From assembly GCA_965208805.1 (NCBI GenBank), contig OZ242355.1:181577-245576 (forward strand): 64,000 nucleotides of DNA, given 5' to 3'. The notes beneath the pieces are model-generated. The model saw only the letters and a program-made list of their open reading frames with translations, had not been told where the DNA came from and did not search any database. Shown piece by piece: positions 1-10,800 of this stretch. Within the stretch, counting starts at the first letter, position 1. Every line of letters begins with the position of its first letter. This DNA comes from Acidimicrobiales bacterium (GTDB taxonomy: Bacteria > Actinomycetota > Acidimicrobiia > Acidimicrobiales > Bin134). Made by a program: the position numbers and the translations under genes.

Positions 1-1
1 G

Positions 2-547
2 GTGTCCGGTGTGGATGTCTGTCGCCAGATCCGAGCTCGCTCCCAGGTGCCCATCATCATGGTCACCGCCAAAGGCGAGGAGATCGATGCGGTTGTTGGC
101 CTGGAAGTGGGGGCCGACGACTATGTGACCAAGCCCTATCGTCTGCGCGAGTTGATCTCTCGCATGCGGTCGCTGCTGCGGCGATCCCGATGGACGGCGG
201 AGAGCGAGGCGTTCCGGGGAGAAGTCGTCGAGGTGGGCGATGTGGCTGTCAACCCCGAGCGCCATGAGGTGTTTGTGCGGGGGCAGCCAATCGAGTTGCC
301 GCTGAAGGAGTTCGACCTCTTGGAGCTGTTACTGACCAACGCGGGCCGGGTGTTGACCCGCGACGCGCTGATCGACCAAGTGTGGGGCAGTGACTATGTG
401 GGCGACACCAAGACGCTCGATGTCCACGTCAAGCGGCTTCGGTCCAAGATCGAAGACGATCCTTCCAATCCCCGCCGCATCGTGACCATCCGCGGCCTGG
501 GCTACAAGTACGCCACCGGCGTTCCTGCGGAACCCGCGCCGCCTTGA
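2..547 (+). CDS. regX3: OmpR-family response regulator, RegX3-like (5' truncated by window edge)
   Basis: Receiver C-terminal motifs (VPIIMVTAK, GADDYVTKP) plus winged helix; LPLKEFDLLE and WGSDYVGDTKTLDVHVKRLRSKIE are typical of RegX3. Confidence 0.85.
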   Translation: MSGVDVCRQIRARSQVPIIMVTAKGEEIDAVVGLEVGADDYVTKPYRLRELISRMRSLLRRSRWTAESEAFRGEVVEVGDVAVNPERHEVFVRGQPIELPLKEFDLLELLLTNAGRVLTRDALIDQVWGSDYVGDTKTLDVHVKRLRSKIEDDPSNPRRIVTIRGLGYKYATGVPAEPAPP

Positions 548-569
548 TCTTGGCCATAATCTTCAAGAC

Positions 570-1853
570 GTGATCAACGTCCCGTTCTTGCGGCTGGTCA
601 GGGTTCATGCCCTTGGCGCCGCGGGCGATGCCATGATCACCGTGGCGCTGGCGGGTTCTCTCTTCTTCTCCATCGATCCCAGCGCAGCTCGATTCCGGGT
701 CACCCTCTATCTGCTGCTGACCATGGCCCCGTTCGCAGTGGTAGGTCCACTGATCGGCCCGGCTCTGGACCGCTTTCGGGGCGGACGGCGTCCCATGATC
801 CTCGCCATCAATGGGGGGAGGGCGTTCTTCGCCTTCCTGATGATCTCCAACATGGATTCGCTGCTGTTGTTCCCCCTTGCCTTCGCCATGCTGATTCTCC
901 AGAAGAGCTACGGCGTGGCCAAGGCCTCAATGGTGCCGCTCATCTTGCCGAAAGAAGAGCAGTTTGTGGGGGGCAATGCCCGATTGGCGTTGGTGGGGAG
1001 CGTCTGCGGTTTCATCGGCGCAGGTCCAGCGCTGCTGGCCAACCTGCTGGGGGGCGCTTCGTGGACAGTAGGCCTGGCCATGGTGGTCTACATCCTGGCG
1101 GCGCTCTCTTCTCTGTCGCTGCCCCAAGGCCGCATTGCCCCTGAGCAGATTGACGATGAGGAAGCGGGCAAACTCCGCGGCATAGGTATCCGCAAAGCGG
1201 CGTCAGCCACCGGCACACTGCGGGGCATCGTCGGGTTCATGACCTTTCTGGCCGCCTTCGCCTTGCGGGGCGGCGCCGACGACGTGAACCTCTCCGGGGT
1301 GGGCAAGGCATTCGGAGCCGGCATCCGCCACGCCCTGCAAGGCGATGTGGCTTCTGACGCCAGCCCCGCGTGGAAGCTGGGGCTGGTGGCCGCCGCCTTA
1401 GTCTGCGGGTTCTTGGTCGGCTCGCTTCTGGCCCCCAAACTGCGGGACCGGATTCGCGAGGAGATCATCATCGCCACCGCGCTGGTCGCCCTGTTCTTTG
1501 TGGGCCTCCTGGCCGCGTGGGGAGGGGGCTATGGCTCGACGCTGCTGCTGGCCCTGGGTGTGGGGATCACCGCCAGCGCCGGCAAGCTCTCCTTTGACTC
1601 CATCGTGCAGCGCGACGCCGGGGGAGCCAATCACGGGCGGGCGTTTGCCGTCTTTGAGACCCGCTTCCAGATCTTTTGGGTGGTGGGCGCGCTCATCCCC
1701 GTGGTCATCCCCATGCCCGCCCGAGTGGGCTTCATCCTTATTGCCGTAGCCGCCGCAGCCGCCGCGGTGCTCTTCTGGCTGCGGCGGACGCCTACTCAGG
1801 GAGGTCGATTCGGGCCAGCCACAGACCGGGGGCATCAACCTCAGCAGGCGTAG
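570..1853 (+). CDS. MFS transporter (actinobacterial type)
   Basis: About 12 hydrophobic segments; GPLIGPALDRFRGGRR motif-A-like loop. Confidence 0.8.
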   Translation: MINVPFLRLVRVHALGAAGDAMITVALAGSLFFSIDPSAARFRVTLYLLLTMAPFAVVGPLIGPALDRFRGGRRPMILAINGGRAFFAFLMISNMDSLLLFPLAFAMLILQKSYGVAKASMVPLILPKEEQFVGGNARLALVGSVCGFIGAGPALLANLLGGASWTVGLAMVVYILAALSSLSLPQGRIAPEQIDDEEAGKLRGIGIRKAASATGTLRGIVGFMTFLAAFALRGGADDVNLSGVGKAFGAGIRHALQGDVASDASPAWKLGLVAAALVCGFLVGSLLAPKLRDRIREEIIIATALVALFFVGLLAAWGGGYGSTLLLALGVGITASAGKLSFDSIVQRDAGGANHGRAFAVFETRFQIFWVVGALIPVVIPMPARVGFILIAVAAAAAAVLFWLRRTPTQGGRFGPATDRGHQPQQA

Positions 1854-2970
1854 GCAGCTCCCGGGCCGAATGCCATAGCCGGGCCAGGCCGTCGGCGCCC
1901 GCCCGCTCCACCACCCCGCTGGCGAAGGCCGATCCCCGGTCGTACTGGTCTTGGCTGAGCTCGAGGCCGAACATCCGCTCGATAAAGCGGTCAGACGCAT
2001 CGGCCGTCACCCGCCGCCGCCTCAGGGCTTCGCTGAGGCGCTGGTAGGAGCTGATGAGCCCGCGTCCGATGCTGTCCATGGTCCAGTCGACATATCCGGC
2101 GATCACCGTCACCAAGGCCGTGATCTGGGGCAGCAGAACCCGCTGGGCCGGCGATTGGATCGCCCCCAGGATGATCTCGGGATCGCCCAGTGCCGACTGG
2201 AGGTCGCCTAGTGAATCGGGGTTGGCCAGGTCCAGTTCGCCCAGTCGGCTCTCCAGGGCACCGGGGTCGGCCTCGAATCCCCGGACATAATCGGCCAGCA
2301 GGTGTTCGATCCGCTGGCTCACATGGGGGATCGTCAACACCGAATGGTGGGTCAGCTCGCTCAAGCACACCCAAAGCCGCAAGTCAGAGCGGTCTAAGCT
2401 CCACTCATCGGCCAACGCGTCGATGTTGGCCGGCACCACCATCAACTCCGAGCCATCCCGGGGAATGGGCAGGTCGTACTGGCCCAGACTGCGGCGGGCG
2501 AGGTTGCCCACCATGCTTCCAGCGGTCATGCTCAGCATGACCGGGCCGATCATCTTCATGATCTGGCCGAACATGGCCTGGGCGGGGTCGAAGGAAGCCT
2601 CCTCCGCTTCAACCCGGCCCGACACGTTCCCGATGGGTTCCAGCAGATCCTGGTAGGCATCCAAGGTGGCGGTGGCCCATTGCGTTCGGGTCACCGGCAC
2701 GATGGTGGCGGCTTGGCCGTCGCGGGTTGTCGACAGACCGGTGGCATTGGCCACCTGAAGCTCGGCCACCCGGCCCAGCTCTTCCAGGGTGATGCGGTCG
2801 GCGGGATCGACATTGGGTTCCGACTGGCCCTCGGTGGCCACTGCCACCGCGAACTGGCGCGCCGTCTCCCAGGTATTCGCTGCCTGCTGCGAGAAGAGCT
2901 TGCCCAGATCCCCGAAAATGGGCATCCCTTTGAAGGGGTTGAACTCCTCGGGCGAGTCGGGTTCGCTCAC
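1792..2970 (-). CDS. Zinc-dependent metalloprotease-like putative hydrolase (DUF2342 type)
   Basis: GQYDLPIP, ANIDALADEWSL, degenerate HExxH (SELTH), C-terminal LPTPAEVDAPGLWLAR; TAACCT -10 element 6 nt before the GTG. Confidence 0.8.
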   Translation of the reverse strand: MSEPDSPEEFNPFKGMPIFGDLGKLFSQQAANTWETARQFAVAVATEGQSEPNVDPADRITLEELGRVAELQVANATGLSTTRDGQAATIVPVTRTQWATATLDAYQDLLEPIGNVSGRVEAEEASFDPAQAMFGQIMKMIGPVMLSMTAGSMVGNLARRSLGQYDLPIPRDGSELMVVPANIDALADEWSLDRSDLRLWVCLSELTHHSVLTIPHVSQRIEHLLADYVRGFEADPGALESRLGELDLANPDSLGDLQSALGDPEIILGAIQSPAQRVLLPQITALVTVIAGYVDWTMDSIGRGLISSYQRLSEALRRRRVTADASDRFIERMFGLELSQDQYDRGSAFASGVVERAGADGLARLWHSARELPTPAEVDAPGLWLARIDLPE

Positions 2971-3048
2971 ACCGCGAGGTTACCGGCAATACTCCGATAA
3001 CGGTTGTGGGGATGAATCGACGAGAGTGTCAGGGTTTACACTCAGTCT

Positions 3049-3582
3049 GTGAATCCGCCGGAGACCGCTGAGGTGTGGATAGGGCTTAGCGAGGCGCCGC
3101 TGCCGTTAGACCAGGTTCTTGCTTGGGTGGGTCGTCCGGATTGCGGCGGCACAGTCCTGTTCAGCGGCACGGCCCGCGACCACTCGGAGGGTCGGCCGGG
3201 GGTGACCGTGCTCGAATACGAGGCCTACGAGGAGCAGGTGACACCCCGTTTGGAGGCGTTGGCGCAGGAGGCTCGGATCAGGTGGCCCGATATTGGACGG
3301 GTGGCGATGCTGCATCGGGTGGGCCGGGTGGAGATCGGGGAGTCGGCGGTGGTGGCGGCTGTTTCTGCACCCCATCGCGAGGAGGCCTTTGCCGCCGCCC
3401 GGTTCTGCATTGATGCTTTGAAGGCCACCGTGCCCATTTGGAAAAAGGAGGCCTGGGAGGGCGGCGAGAGCTGGGGTTTGGAAGCCCAGCACATCGCCGA
3501 GGCCGGCACTGTTGCCTCCCTTGATGACCGGTATGCCCCCGAGGCCGACACGGTCTCTACCTCAGGCGAGTTCGCCGGCTGA
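3049..3582 (+). CDS. moaE: Molybdopterin synthase catalytic subunit
   Basis: LEYEAY, HRVG, SAPHREEAF, KATVPIWKKE motifs; TACACT -10 at 3037-3042 (leaderless). Confidence 0.95.
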   Translation: MNPPETAEVWIGLSEAPLPLDQVLAWVGRPDCGGTVLFSGTARDHSEGRPGVTVLEYEAYEEQVTPRLEALAQEARIRWPDIGRVAMLHRVGRVEIGESAVVAAVSAPHREEAFAAARFCIDALKATVPIWKKEAWEGGESWGLEAQHIAEAGTVASLDDRYAPEADTVSTSGEFAG

Positions 3583-3585
3583 TCC

Positions 3586-4581
3586 ATGGCCCGAGACCTG
3601 GCGATCGATCTGGGCACGGCCAACACCCTGGTCTATGCGCGCGGCCAGGGGATCATCCTGAACGAACCCTCAGTGATCGCGTTGAACCGCAAGACCAACG
3701 AGGTGCTGGCCATGGGCCGAGAGGCATGGCAGATGATCGGACGCACGCCAGCTCACATCGTGGCCGTTCGCCCCTTGCGAAAAGGAGCAATCACCGATTT
3801 CGAGGTTACCCAGCGCATGATCCGCCTGTTGTTGATGGACGCAGGGGTCAACCGGTTCAGCCGTCCGAAGGTGGTCATCTGCGTGCCGTCGGCAATCACC
3901 GCGGTCGAGCGCCGGGCGGTGGTGGAGGCGGCCCGTCGAGCCGGGGCGGCCGAGACCCGGCTCATAGAGCAGCCTCTGGCTGCGGCCATTGGAGCTTCGC
4001 TGCCCATTCATGAGCCCATCGGCAACATGGTGGTGGACATCGGCGGGGGAACCAGCGAGACCGCGCTGATCTCGATGGGCGGGGTCATATCTCTCAAGGC
4101 CATCCGAGTGGGCTCGTTCGACATCGATGCCGCAATCCAGGCCTTTGTTCGACGCGAGTTCGGCATAGCCATCGGTGAGCGCACCGCTGAAGAGGTGAAA
4201 ATCACCATCGGCTCCGCGGCCTACGTTCCCGGGGAGTGCAGCGCCGAAGTTCGAGGTCGCAATCTGATGAACGGCCTGCCCGAGACCATTGTGTTGTCGC
4301 CGTTCGAAGTGCGTACCGCCATTGCCGAGCCAGTCTCCGCTTTCGTGGACTCGGTGGTGGCTTGCCTGGTGGAAGCCCCCCCAGAGCTGTCTCAAGACGT
4401 GATCACCCATGGCATCCACTTAGTGGGAGGCGGCTCGCTGCTGCGGGGTCTGGCCGATCGGCTGTCCCAGGCCGCGGAAGTGCCGGTGAGCCTGGTGGAT
4501 GCTCCCTTGGAGGCGGTGGTGATGGGAGCGGGCCGCTGTCTGGAGTCCTTTGAGGATGTTCAGGCGATGTTCATGGAGTGA
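3586..4581 (+). CDS. mreB: Rod shape-determining protein MreB/Mbl
   Basis: AIDLGTANT, EPSVIA, VDIGGGT, GERTAE, GGGSLL actin-fold motifs; no mreC/mreD adjacent. Confidence 0.93.
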   Translation: MARDLAIDLGTANTLVYARGQGIILNEPSVIALNRKTNEVLAMGREAWQMIGRTPAHIVAVRPLRKGAITDFEVTQRMIRLLLMDAGVNRFSRPKVVICVPSAITAVERRAVVEAARRAGAAETRLIEQPLAAAIGASLPIHEPIGNMVVDIGGGTSETALISMGGVISLKAIRVGSFDIDAAIQAFVRREFGIAIGERTAEEVKITIGSAAYVPGECSAEVRGRNLMNGLPETIVLSPFEVRTAIAEPVSAFVDSVVACLVEAPPELSQDVITHGIHLVGGGSLLRGLADRLSQAAEVPVSLVDAPLEAVVMGAGRCLESFEDVQAMFME

Positions 4582-4615
4582 TTTGGGTTCATGGAGTGAT
4601 TTGGGTTCATGGAGT
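4569..4615. repeat. 18-bp tandem repeat (about 2.6 copies) spanning the mreB stop codon
   Basis: gttcatggagt(gatttgg) starts at 4569, 4587 and 4605. Confidence 0.95.
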
Positions 4616-4624
4616 AGGGCCGAG

Positions 4625-5242
4625 TCAATCAGGGTTGGTGAGCAGCTCGGCCGCGTCTCTGGTTTGCCAGTCTCGGTCTTCCGCGGCCCGCCGGAGAGCG
4701 GCCTCCACCTCCGGGCCGTCGAAGGGGGCCAGCGCCAGCACCGCTCGTCGGCGCACCGCCACTCGGTCAGTGGTTGCCCCCAGAATGGCTTTGAGTCCAG
4801 CAGGGTGGCCGATCGCTCCCAACGCGGCGACGGCCGCCTCCCGCACCAGGGGATTCGAGTGATCGGCGGCCAATTCTCCTAGCCGGGTCACGGTGCCGAG
4901 ATCTTCAAAGTCCCGCTCCCCGCAGGCCCATGCGGCGGTCTCGGCTACATCATCGCTTGGGTCGTCCAAGAGGGGAGCGGGCGACACCTCTGTGCGACCA
5001 ACGGTCAAAGTGGCAGCCCGCAGCCTCACTTTCGGCGACGGATCGCGAAACGCGGCTCGCAGCTCTTCGTCGGCCAGCGCGTCCATCCGGTCTAAAGCCC
5101 CGAGTGCCGATGCCCGCACTTGGGGGTCCTCCTCATGCTGGGCTTCCCTCGCCGTGGCCTCATCGCTGGTGTGCCCGGCTATCACCGCATCGCGCCGTGC
5201 AATCCTGCGGGTGGGCTGATTGTCTTCTGGGTGTCCGCTCAC
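4625..5242 (-). CDS. HEAT-repeat (PBS-lyase-like) protein
   Basis: Repeated DxxxxVRxxAxxALG units; GTG at 5242 overlaps the stop of the upstream ORF (GTGA). Confidence 0.8.
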   Translation of the reverse strand: MSGHPEDNQPTRRIARRDAVIAGHTSDEATAREAQHEEDPQVRASALGALDRMDALADEELRAAFRDPSPKVRLRAATLTVGRTEVSPAPLLDDPSDDVAETAAWACGERDFEDLGTVTRLGELAADHSNPLVREAAVAALGAIGHPAGLKAILGATTDRVAVRRRAVLALAPFDGPEVEAALRRAAEDRDWQTRDAAELLTNPD

Positions 5243-5526
5243 ACCAGCGTTTCCAAGGCAATTGTGAGGCCGACGAAGAAGAGCCCCACCAACATGGTCA
5301 GCCCCGCCCCCAGCAAGACGATCACAAAGAAGAGGCCGACACCGGCCCGTAAACGCTGCCACCAGCGAAACCGCGCCTCTTCGCCGTAATCAGCCCGGTA
5401 GGAGGCCAAAACATCTCTCTCGGCCCTGGCCTCCCGCCAGTCTTCCCACCGATGCTGCCACCAGCTCTTCAGCGTGCCCCAAGTATCGTCGGAGAGGGAA
5501 ATACGAATGCGCGACCAGTCGACCAC
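5239..5526 (-). CDS. Small membrane protein, unknown function
   Basis: Trp/Arg-rich N-terminus and long C-terminal hydrophobic segment; coupled to the HEAT gene. Confidence 0.55.
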   Translation of the reverse strand: MVDWSRIRISLSDDTWGTLKSWWQHRWEDWREARAERDVLASYRADYGEEARFRWWQRLRAGVGLFFVIVLLGAGLTMLVGLFFVGLTIALETLV

Positions 5527-5540
5527 AGAGCCACCCAGGA

Positions 5541-5703
5541 TAGTTCCACCCGCCGAAAACCGGGGGCCGCTATGACCCGCGGCAGCACTTCTTCTATCGA
5601 GTCTGGAGTAGTTCCACCCGCCGAAAACCGGGGGCCGCTATGACCCGCGGCACCACTTCTTCTATCGAGTCTGGAGTAGTTCCACCCACCGAAAACCGGG
5701 GGC
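5541..5703. repeat. 68-bp tandem repeat (about 2.4 copies) spanning the start of the PDZ-Lon gene
   Basis: tagttccacc..gaaaaccggggg starts at 5541, 5609 and 5677. Confidence 0.95.
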
Positions 5704-6725
5704 GGTCTTGGTGGCGGCGCAACTTGGCCTGGCTGGTTCCCGTGGCCGTGCTGATTTTCTTGCTGGTGGTCACTTCGGTTGTGTTCACCTTCTGGCGCAC
5801 CGATCAGGTAGCGGTTCGGCCCGGCTCGGTGGAAGATGTGCCATCGCGGGTCACCGTTACGGGGGCTGAGGTTTATCCTCCGGAAAGCGAGATCGCCCTG
5901 GTGACCGTGAAGGTCAGCCAGCGGTTGAACATCTGGCAGCGAATCGGCGCCGAATTCGAGTCCGGGGTCGACATCGAGCCCGAACGGACGTTCACCGGCG
6001 GTGGCACCCGCGACGAGTTGCGTCGACTCAACGAGCTGCGAATGGAGACTTCCCAGCACACCGCCGTCGTAGTGGCGCTGGAGCATTTGGGCTATGAGAT
6101 CCCCCGTCATGCCTCTGGAGTCATCGTGGCCGATGCGATGAGCGGGACACCCGCAGCGGAAGTGTTGGAGCGGGGCGATGTGATCGTGGGTATCGAAGGT
6201 GTTGCCGCGTCCGACTTGAGAGATCTGGCCGAAGTGTTGGCCTTGCGGACCGCGGGCCAGACGGTGGTATTGGACGTGGAGCGAGCCGACAGCGGGGAGG
6301 TGGAAGCGGTGCCGGTCGAGCTCATCGAGTCTTCCGATGAGCCGGGGCGGGCGCTGATCGGCGTGGGGGCGCGCGAGCGGGTGGATATCGGGGATCTGCC
6401 GGTGCAGATCGAAATCGACAGCGGCAAGATCGGAGGGCCGTCAGCCGGGTTGGCCCTCACCCTCGGCATCATCGACCTTTTGACTCCCGGGGAGCTGATG
6501 GGCGGCCAGCGGGTGGCCACTACTGGAACGATCACGTTCGACGGCTCGGTGGGGGCCATCGGCGAGGTTGATCAGAAGGCCATCGCCGCGGAAAGAGCCG
6601 GAGTAGACCTGCTGCTGGTGCCCGTTTTGAATCTGAGCGATGCCCTCGACCATGTCAGCGGCGACATGCAGGTGGTGGGTGTGGGGACTTTGCAGGAGGC
6701 ATTGGACGCATTGGCCGGGAACTAA
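5640..6725 (+). CDS. PDZ domain + Lon-like S16 serine protease (YlbL family)
   Basis: N-terminal TM helix, PDZ (GDVIVGIEG), GGPSAGL catalytic Ser, IGEVDQK catalytic Lys. Confidence 0.9.
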   Translation: MTRGTTSSIESGVVPPTENRGRSWWRRNLAWLVPVAVLIFLLVVTSVVFTFWRTDQVAVRPGSVEDVPSRVTVTGAEVYPPESEIALVTVKVSQRLNIWQRIGAEFESGVDIEPERTFTGGGTRDELRRLNELRMETSQHTAVVVALEHLGYEIPRHASGVIVADAMSGTPAAEVLERGDVIVGIEGVAASDLRDLAEVLALRTAGQTVVLDVERADSGEVEAVPVELIESSDEPGRALIGVGARERVDIGDLPVQIEIDSGKIGGPSAGLALTLGIIDLLTPGELMGGQRVATTGTITFDGSVGAIGEVDQKAIAAERAGVDLLLVPVLNLSDALDHVSGDMQVVGVGTLQEALDALAGN

Positions 6726-6728
6726 GAT

Positions 6729-7799
6729 TTGGCGATGGCCGAGCGCCCATCTTCTGAAACTCCCTTTGAGCGGATGGACCCTGCCCAAGTATCCGGCCAG
6801 AGTTTTGCCATTACTCGCAAAGGCTTCGACCAAATGCAGGTTCAGGCCTATTTGGTGTCGGTGAGCAATCAGGTCAAAGCAGGCCAGCAGCAAATTCGAG
6901 ACCTTCGAGAGCAGGTGTCCCAGGCCGAAGAGCAGTCGGAGCCGGATTCTGAGTTCAGTTCGCAGGGGGTCAAGCTGCTCGACAGCGGCGTGGAGGCGTC
7001 TCGTCGGCAAGCCCAGACGGAAGCCGACGAAATGGCGGCCCGGGCTCGTCGGCTGGCTGAAGAGCTCCAGGCGACGTTCGAGGAGCTGCGTTCGCACCAG
7101 GATTTCTCCGGAGCCGACGAGCTGGCCGAACTGCTGGAGCAGGCTTACGAGCAGGCGCAGGCGGTGGCAGGCTTGCTCCAGGAGGCTCGAGATCAGGCAG
7201 AGGCCGAAGTGGAGCACGGTCGGGCCCAGGGCCGGGAGATCGTGGAGCAGGCCAAAGCCCTCCGTCTCACCGTGCTGCGGGACATGGCCCGGCGTCGCCA
7301 GGGTGCCCGGGCTCAGGTGGAGCGGCTTCGAGCCGGGCGCGACAAGCTCATCTCAATGCTGAGCGATGCCCGGAGTTCCATCGACCAGTCGATGGAAACG
7401 GCCAGGCTCTCGCTAGCCGAGGCCAAAGTGCTCGCCGATGCCGCCGCTCGCCGGATTGAAGACGAGGCTGAGCCCACCGACCTGGCCCTGTTGTCGGAGC
7501 TGGACGATGCCGAGAATGTGGGGATGCTTCCCGAACCCGCGGTCGTTCCCGATATTTCCGAAGGCGATTCCTCTCCCGATGTTCCCGAAACCGATTCCGC
7601 TTCCGAGATCCACGAGGGCGTGACGCTGCTGCCTCCCGTGGAGCCCGATACGGTGGAGGCTGCGGCCGATCATCCCGCGGTGGCCAGTGCTGACGACAGC
7701 CGCGATGTGGACGCTATTTTCGCCCGTCTTCGATCTCAGGGCGATCAGCAACGAGAAGACAAGCGGGACGCTGCCGAATCCTCGGTCGGCAAGGACTAA
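6729..7799 (+). CDS. DivIVA-domain coiled-coil protein
   Basis: FAITRKGFDQMQVQAYL DivIVA N-terminal motif then long A/E/R/Q coiled coil; ATG at 6735 is an alternative start. Confidence 0.8.
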   Translation: MAMAERPSSETPFERMDPAQVSGQSFAITRKGFDQMQVQAYLVSVSNQVKAGQQQIRDLREQVSQAEEQSEPDSEFSSQGVKLLDSGVEASRRQAQTEADEMAARARRLAEELQATFEELRSHQDFSGADELAELLEQAYEQAQAVAGLLQEARDQAEAEVEHGRAQGREIVEQAKALRLTVLRDMARRRQGARAQVERLRAGRDKLISMLSDARSSIDQSMETARLSLAEAKVLADAAARRIEDEAEPTDLALLSELDDAENVGMLPEPAVVPDISEGDSSPDVPETDSASEIHEGVTLLPPVEPDTVEAAADHPAVASADDSRDVDAIFARLRSQGDQQREDKRDAAESSVGKD

Positions 7800-7811
7800 C
7801 CTCCATTCGAT

Positions 7812-10800
7812 ATGCGAAATCCCGGAGATGTGTTCAGGCCGCGCCCGCCATCTCGGCCGCGCTTCTCGCGGCGGTCCAAGATCATCGCCGCGCTCATCCT
7901 GGTGGTATTGCTGGCCGCCATCTTGTCGTTGCGGGGCACGGCTCGCATGTGGACCGACTACCTGTGGTTCGACTCGCTGGGCCACGGGGATGTCTGGACC
8001 GAGATCCTGGTTTACCGGGTGGTCTTGTCGGTCATCTTCATCGCCATCTTCTTCTTGCTCCTGTACTCCAACCTGGCCATCGCCGACCGCCTGGCCCCCC
8101 AAACCCGCCCGCCGGGGCCTGAAGAGGAGCTGATTCGCCACTATCACGATGCGGTGGGCCATCGCCGCCGGCTGGTGAGCGTGGTGATAGCGGTGCTATT
8201 CGCCCTCATCGTGGGCGGCGGCACCGGTGGGGAGTGGCAGAAGGCGATGCTGTTCTTCAACAGCGTGCCCTTCGGCATCGATGATCCGCAGTTCCACAAG
8301 GACATCGGCTTCTATGTTTTCGAACTGCCGTTCATCCAGTTCCTGATCAGCTGGTTCTTCCGGGCCCTGATCATTGTGACCGTCCTCACCGCCATCGCCC
8401 ACTACGTGAACGGCGGCATCCGGGTGCAGACCACCGGGCAGCGGGTGACTCCTCAGGTGAAGGTCCACCTGTCGGTTCTGCTGGCCCTGATCGCCCTGGT
8501 TCGGGCCGTGGGCTACCACTACGACCGGTTCGGTCTGAACTTCTCCTCGCGGGGACCGGTGGACGGCGCCACCTTCACCGACATCAATGCCCAGTTGCCC
8601 GCGCTCAGGTTGCTGATGTTGATCTCAGTGCTGTCGGCGGTTCTGCTGGTGATCAACATCTGGCAGCGGGGCTGGGTGCTACCGGTGACCGCGGTGGGCC
8701 TTTGGGTGGTGGTGGCCATCGTCATGGGCGCGATCTACCCGGCCATCATCCAGCGGTTCCGGGTTGAGCCGGAGGAGTCCCAGAAGGAAGAGGTCTATAT
8801 CGCGCGCAACATCGAGGCCACCCGTCATGCTTTGGGCTTCGACAAGAACCCCGGTGACGACAACACAGCAGACAACGTGACTACCCGTACGTTCGGAGAC
8901 GAGGAGTTGGGGCCCGATACGGTCATAACCGCCGAGGAGCTGGCCGACAGCCCCAGCGTGCGCAATATTCGGCTGTTGGATCCAGATGTAGTGCCGAACG
9001 CCTTCCAAGTGGAGCAGTCCGAGCGCACCTTCTACACCTTCAACGGTGAAGTCGACGTCGACCGCTACAGGATTGGCGAAGACGTAACCCAGGTGGTGAT
9101 TGGTGCCCGTCAGCTCAACGTGGCCGACATCCCCCAGCAGTCGTGGGAGGGTCGTCACATCCAGTACACCCATGGATACGGCGTAGCCATAGCCCCGGTG
9201 AACTCGGTTACCACCCAGGGCTCGCCCGACTTTGTGGTCAGCGACGTTCCCTGGGTGGCCAGCGCCGATTTCGAGCGGAACCGGCCGCAGCTCTATATCG
9301 GCGAGAACCTCACCGGCTACGCCATCGTCGGGGCCACGATTTCCGAGGTGGACTACACCAGGGACAACGTGACCGAACCCTTCGAGTACCTCAATGAAGG
9401 CGGCGAGGGCGGGGTGGGTATCGGGAGCTTCTTCCGCCAGGCGGCCTTTGCCCTGCGCTTCGGCGACATCAACCCGCTGATCTCCGGTTTCGTGGACGGC
9501 GATTCCAAGATCATCTTCAATCGGGATCTGCGCCTCCGTGTGCAGAATCTGGCCCCGTTCTTGGAGCTGGACGCCGATCCCTATCCGGTGGTCTCCGACG
9601 GGCGGGTGTTCTACATCGTCGACGCCTACACCACCAGCGACCGGTATCCCTACGGCCAAAGGCCCGATGTGAGCGACCTGTCGACCGACAGCGGGCTGCG
9701 CAAGCGGTTCAACTACGTTCGCAATTCGGTGAAGGTGGTGGTCGATGCCTTCCACGGCACCACCACCTTCTATGTGATCGACCCCGACGATCCCATAATC
9801 CAGGCCTGGCGCAAGATCTTCCCGGGCTTGTTCGAGGACTTCGACCAGATGCCCGCCGATCTTCAAGACCATCTGCGCTACCCCGAGGACCTGTTCCGGG
9901 TGCAGACATCCATGTGGGCCCGCTACTTCATCAACCCAGAAGATGCCGATACCTTCTACGCCAACTCGGTGACTTGGGCCGTGGCCCAGGATCCGGGTAC
10001 CCGCATCACCGCCCGAACGTTCGTCGATGAGTTGACTGAGGCCATCACCGCTGAAGAGACGGCCACCGCGGCCGCAACTCGTCAGCTCGAGCGGAGAATC
10101 CGGCCCTTCTACCAACTCCTCCAGCTCCCGGAAGAGGACGAACCCGATTTCGTGATCTTCCGAACATTCGTCCCCATATCTGGATCAGGCGATGACGAGG
10201 ACGAGCGCAAGGAGCTGACCGCGTTCATGGTCGCCAAGAGCGACATCGACGAGTACGGGGAGTTGGTGGTTTACACCGTGCCCGGCACCAGCATTCCCGG
10301 CCCCAGCATCGTGGACGCCAAGATCCAGGCCGACACCGAGATCGCCGACGCCTTCACCCAGTTGAACCAGCAGGGATCCACGGTGCTTCAGGGGAACCTG
10401 CTGATGATCCCGGTGGGCGACTCGCTGCTGTTCGTGCGCCCCGTGTATGTGCAGGCCACCGGGGCGACCGAATTGCCCCAGGTGAAGCAGGTGATCGCCG
10501 GTATCGGCAACGACGACGACTTCATACTCCGCATCCGCCCGACATTGGACGAGGCGCTGGCCGCATTGTCCGATCCTGACGGGTTATCGGTCCAGCCCAC
10601 CCAGCCGACGGTGCCCGAACCCGACGCTGGTGAACCCGCACCCACCGCGGTGCCGTCGGTGCCCGAACAAGGGCCCATCGACGACGACACCCGTCAGGCC
10701 TTGAGCGAGCTCATCTCCGAGCTGCGGGCCACTCAAGAGTCAATCAACGAGGACCGCCAAACCCTCGACGGTCTCATTGAGGAACTGGAGTCTTTGCTGG

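Noticed and set aside
8679-10115. Long antisense ORFs (also 58501-59781, 28525-29628 and others)
   Set aside because: Expected antisense shadows of high-GC coding sequence, with no recognisable motifs
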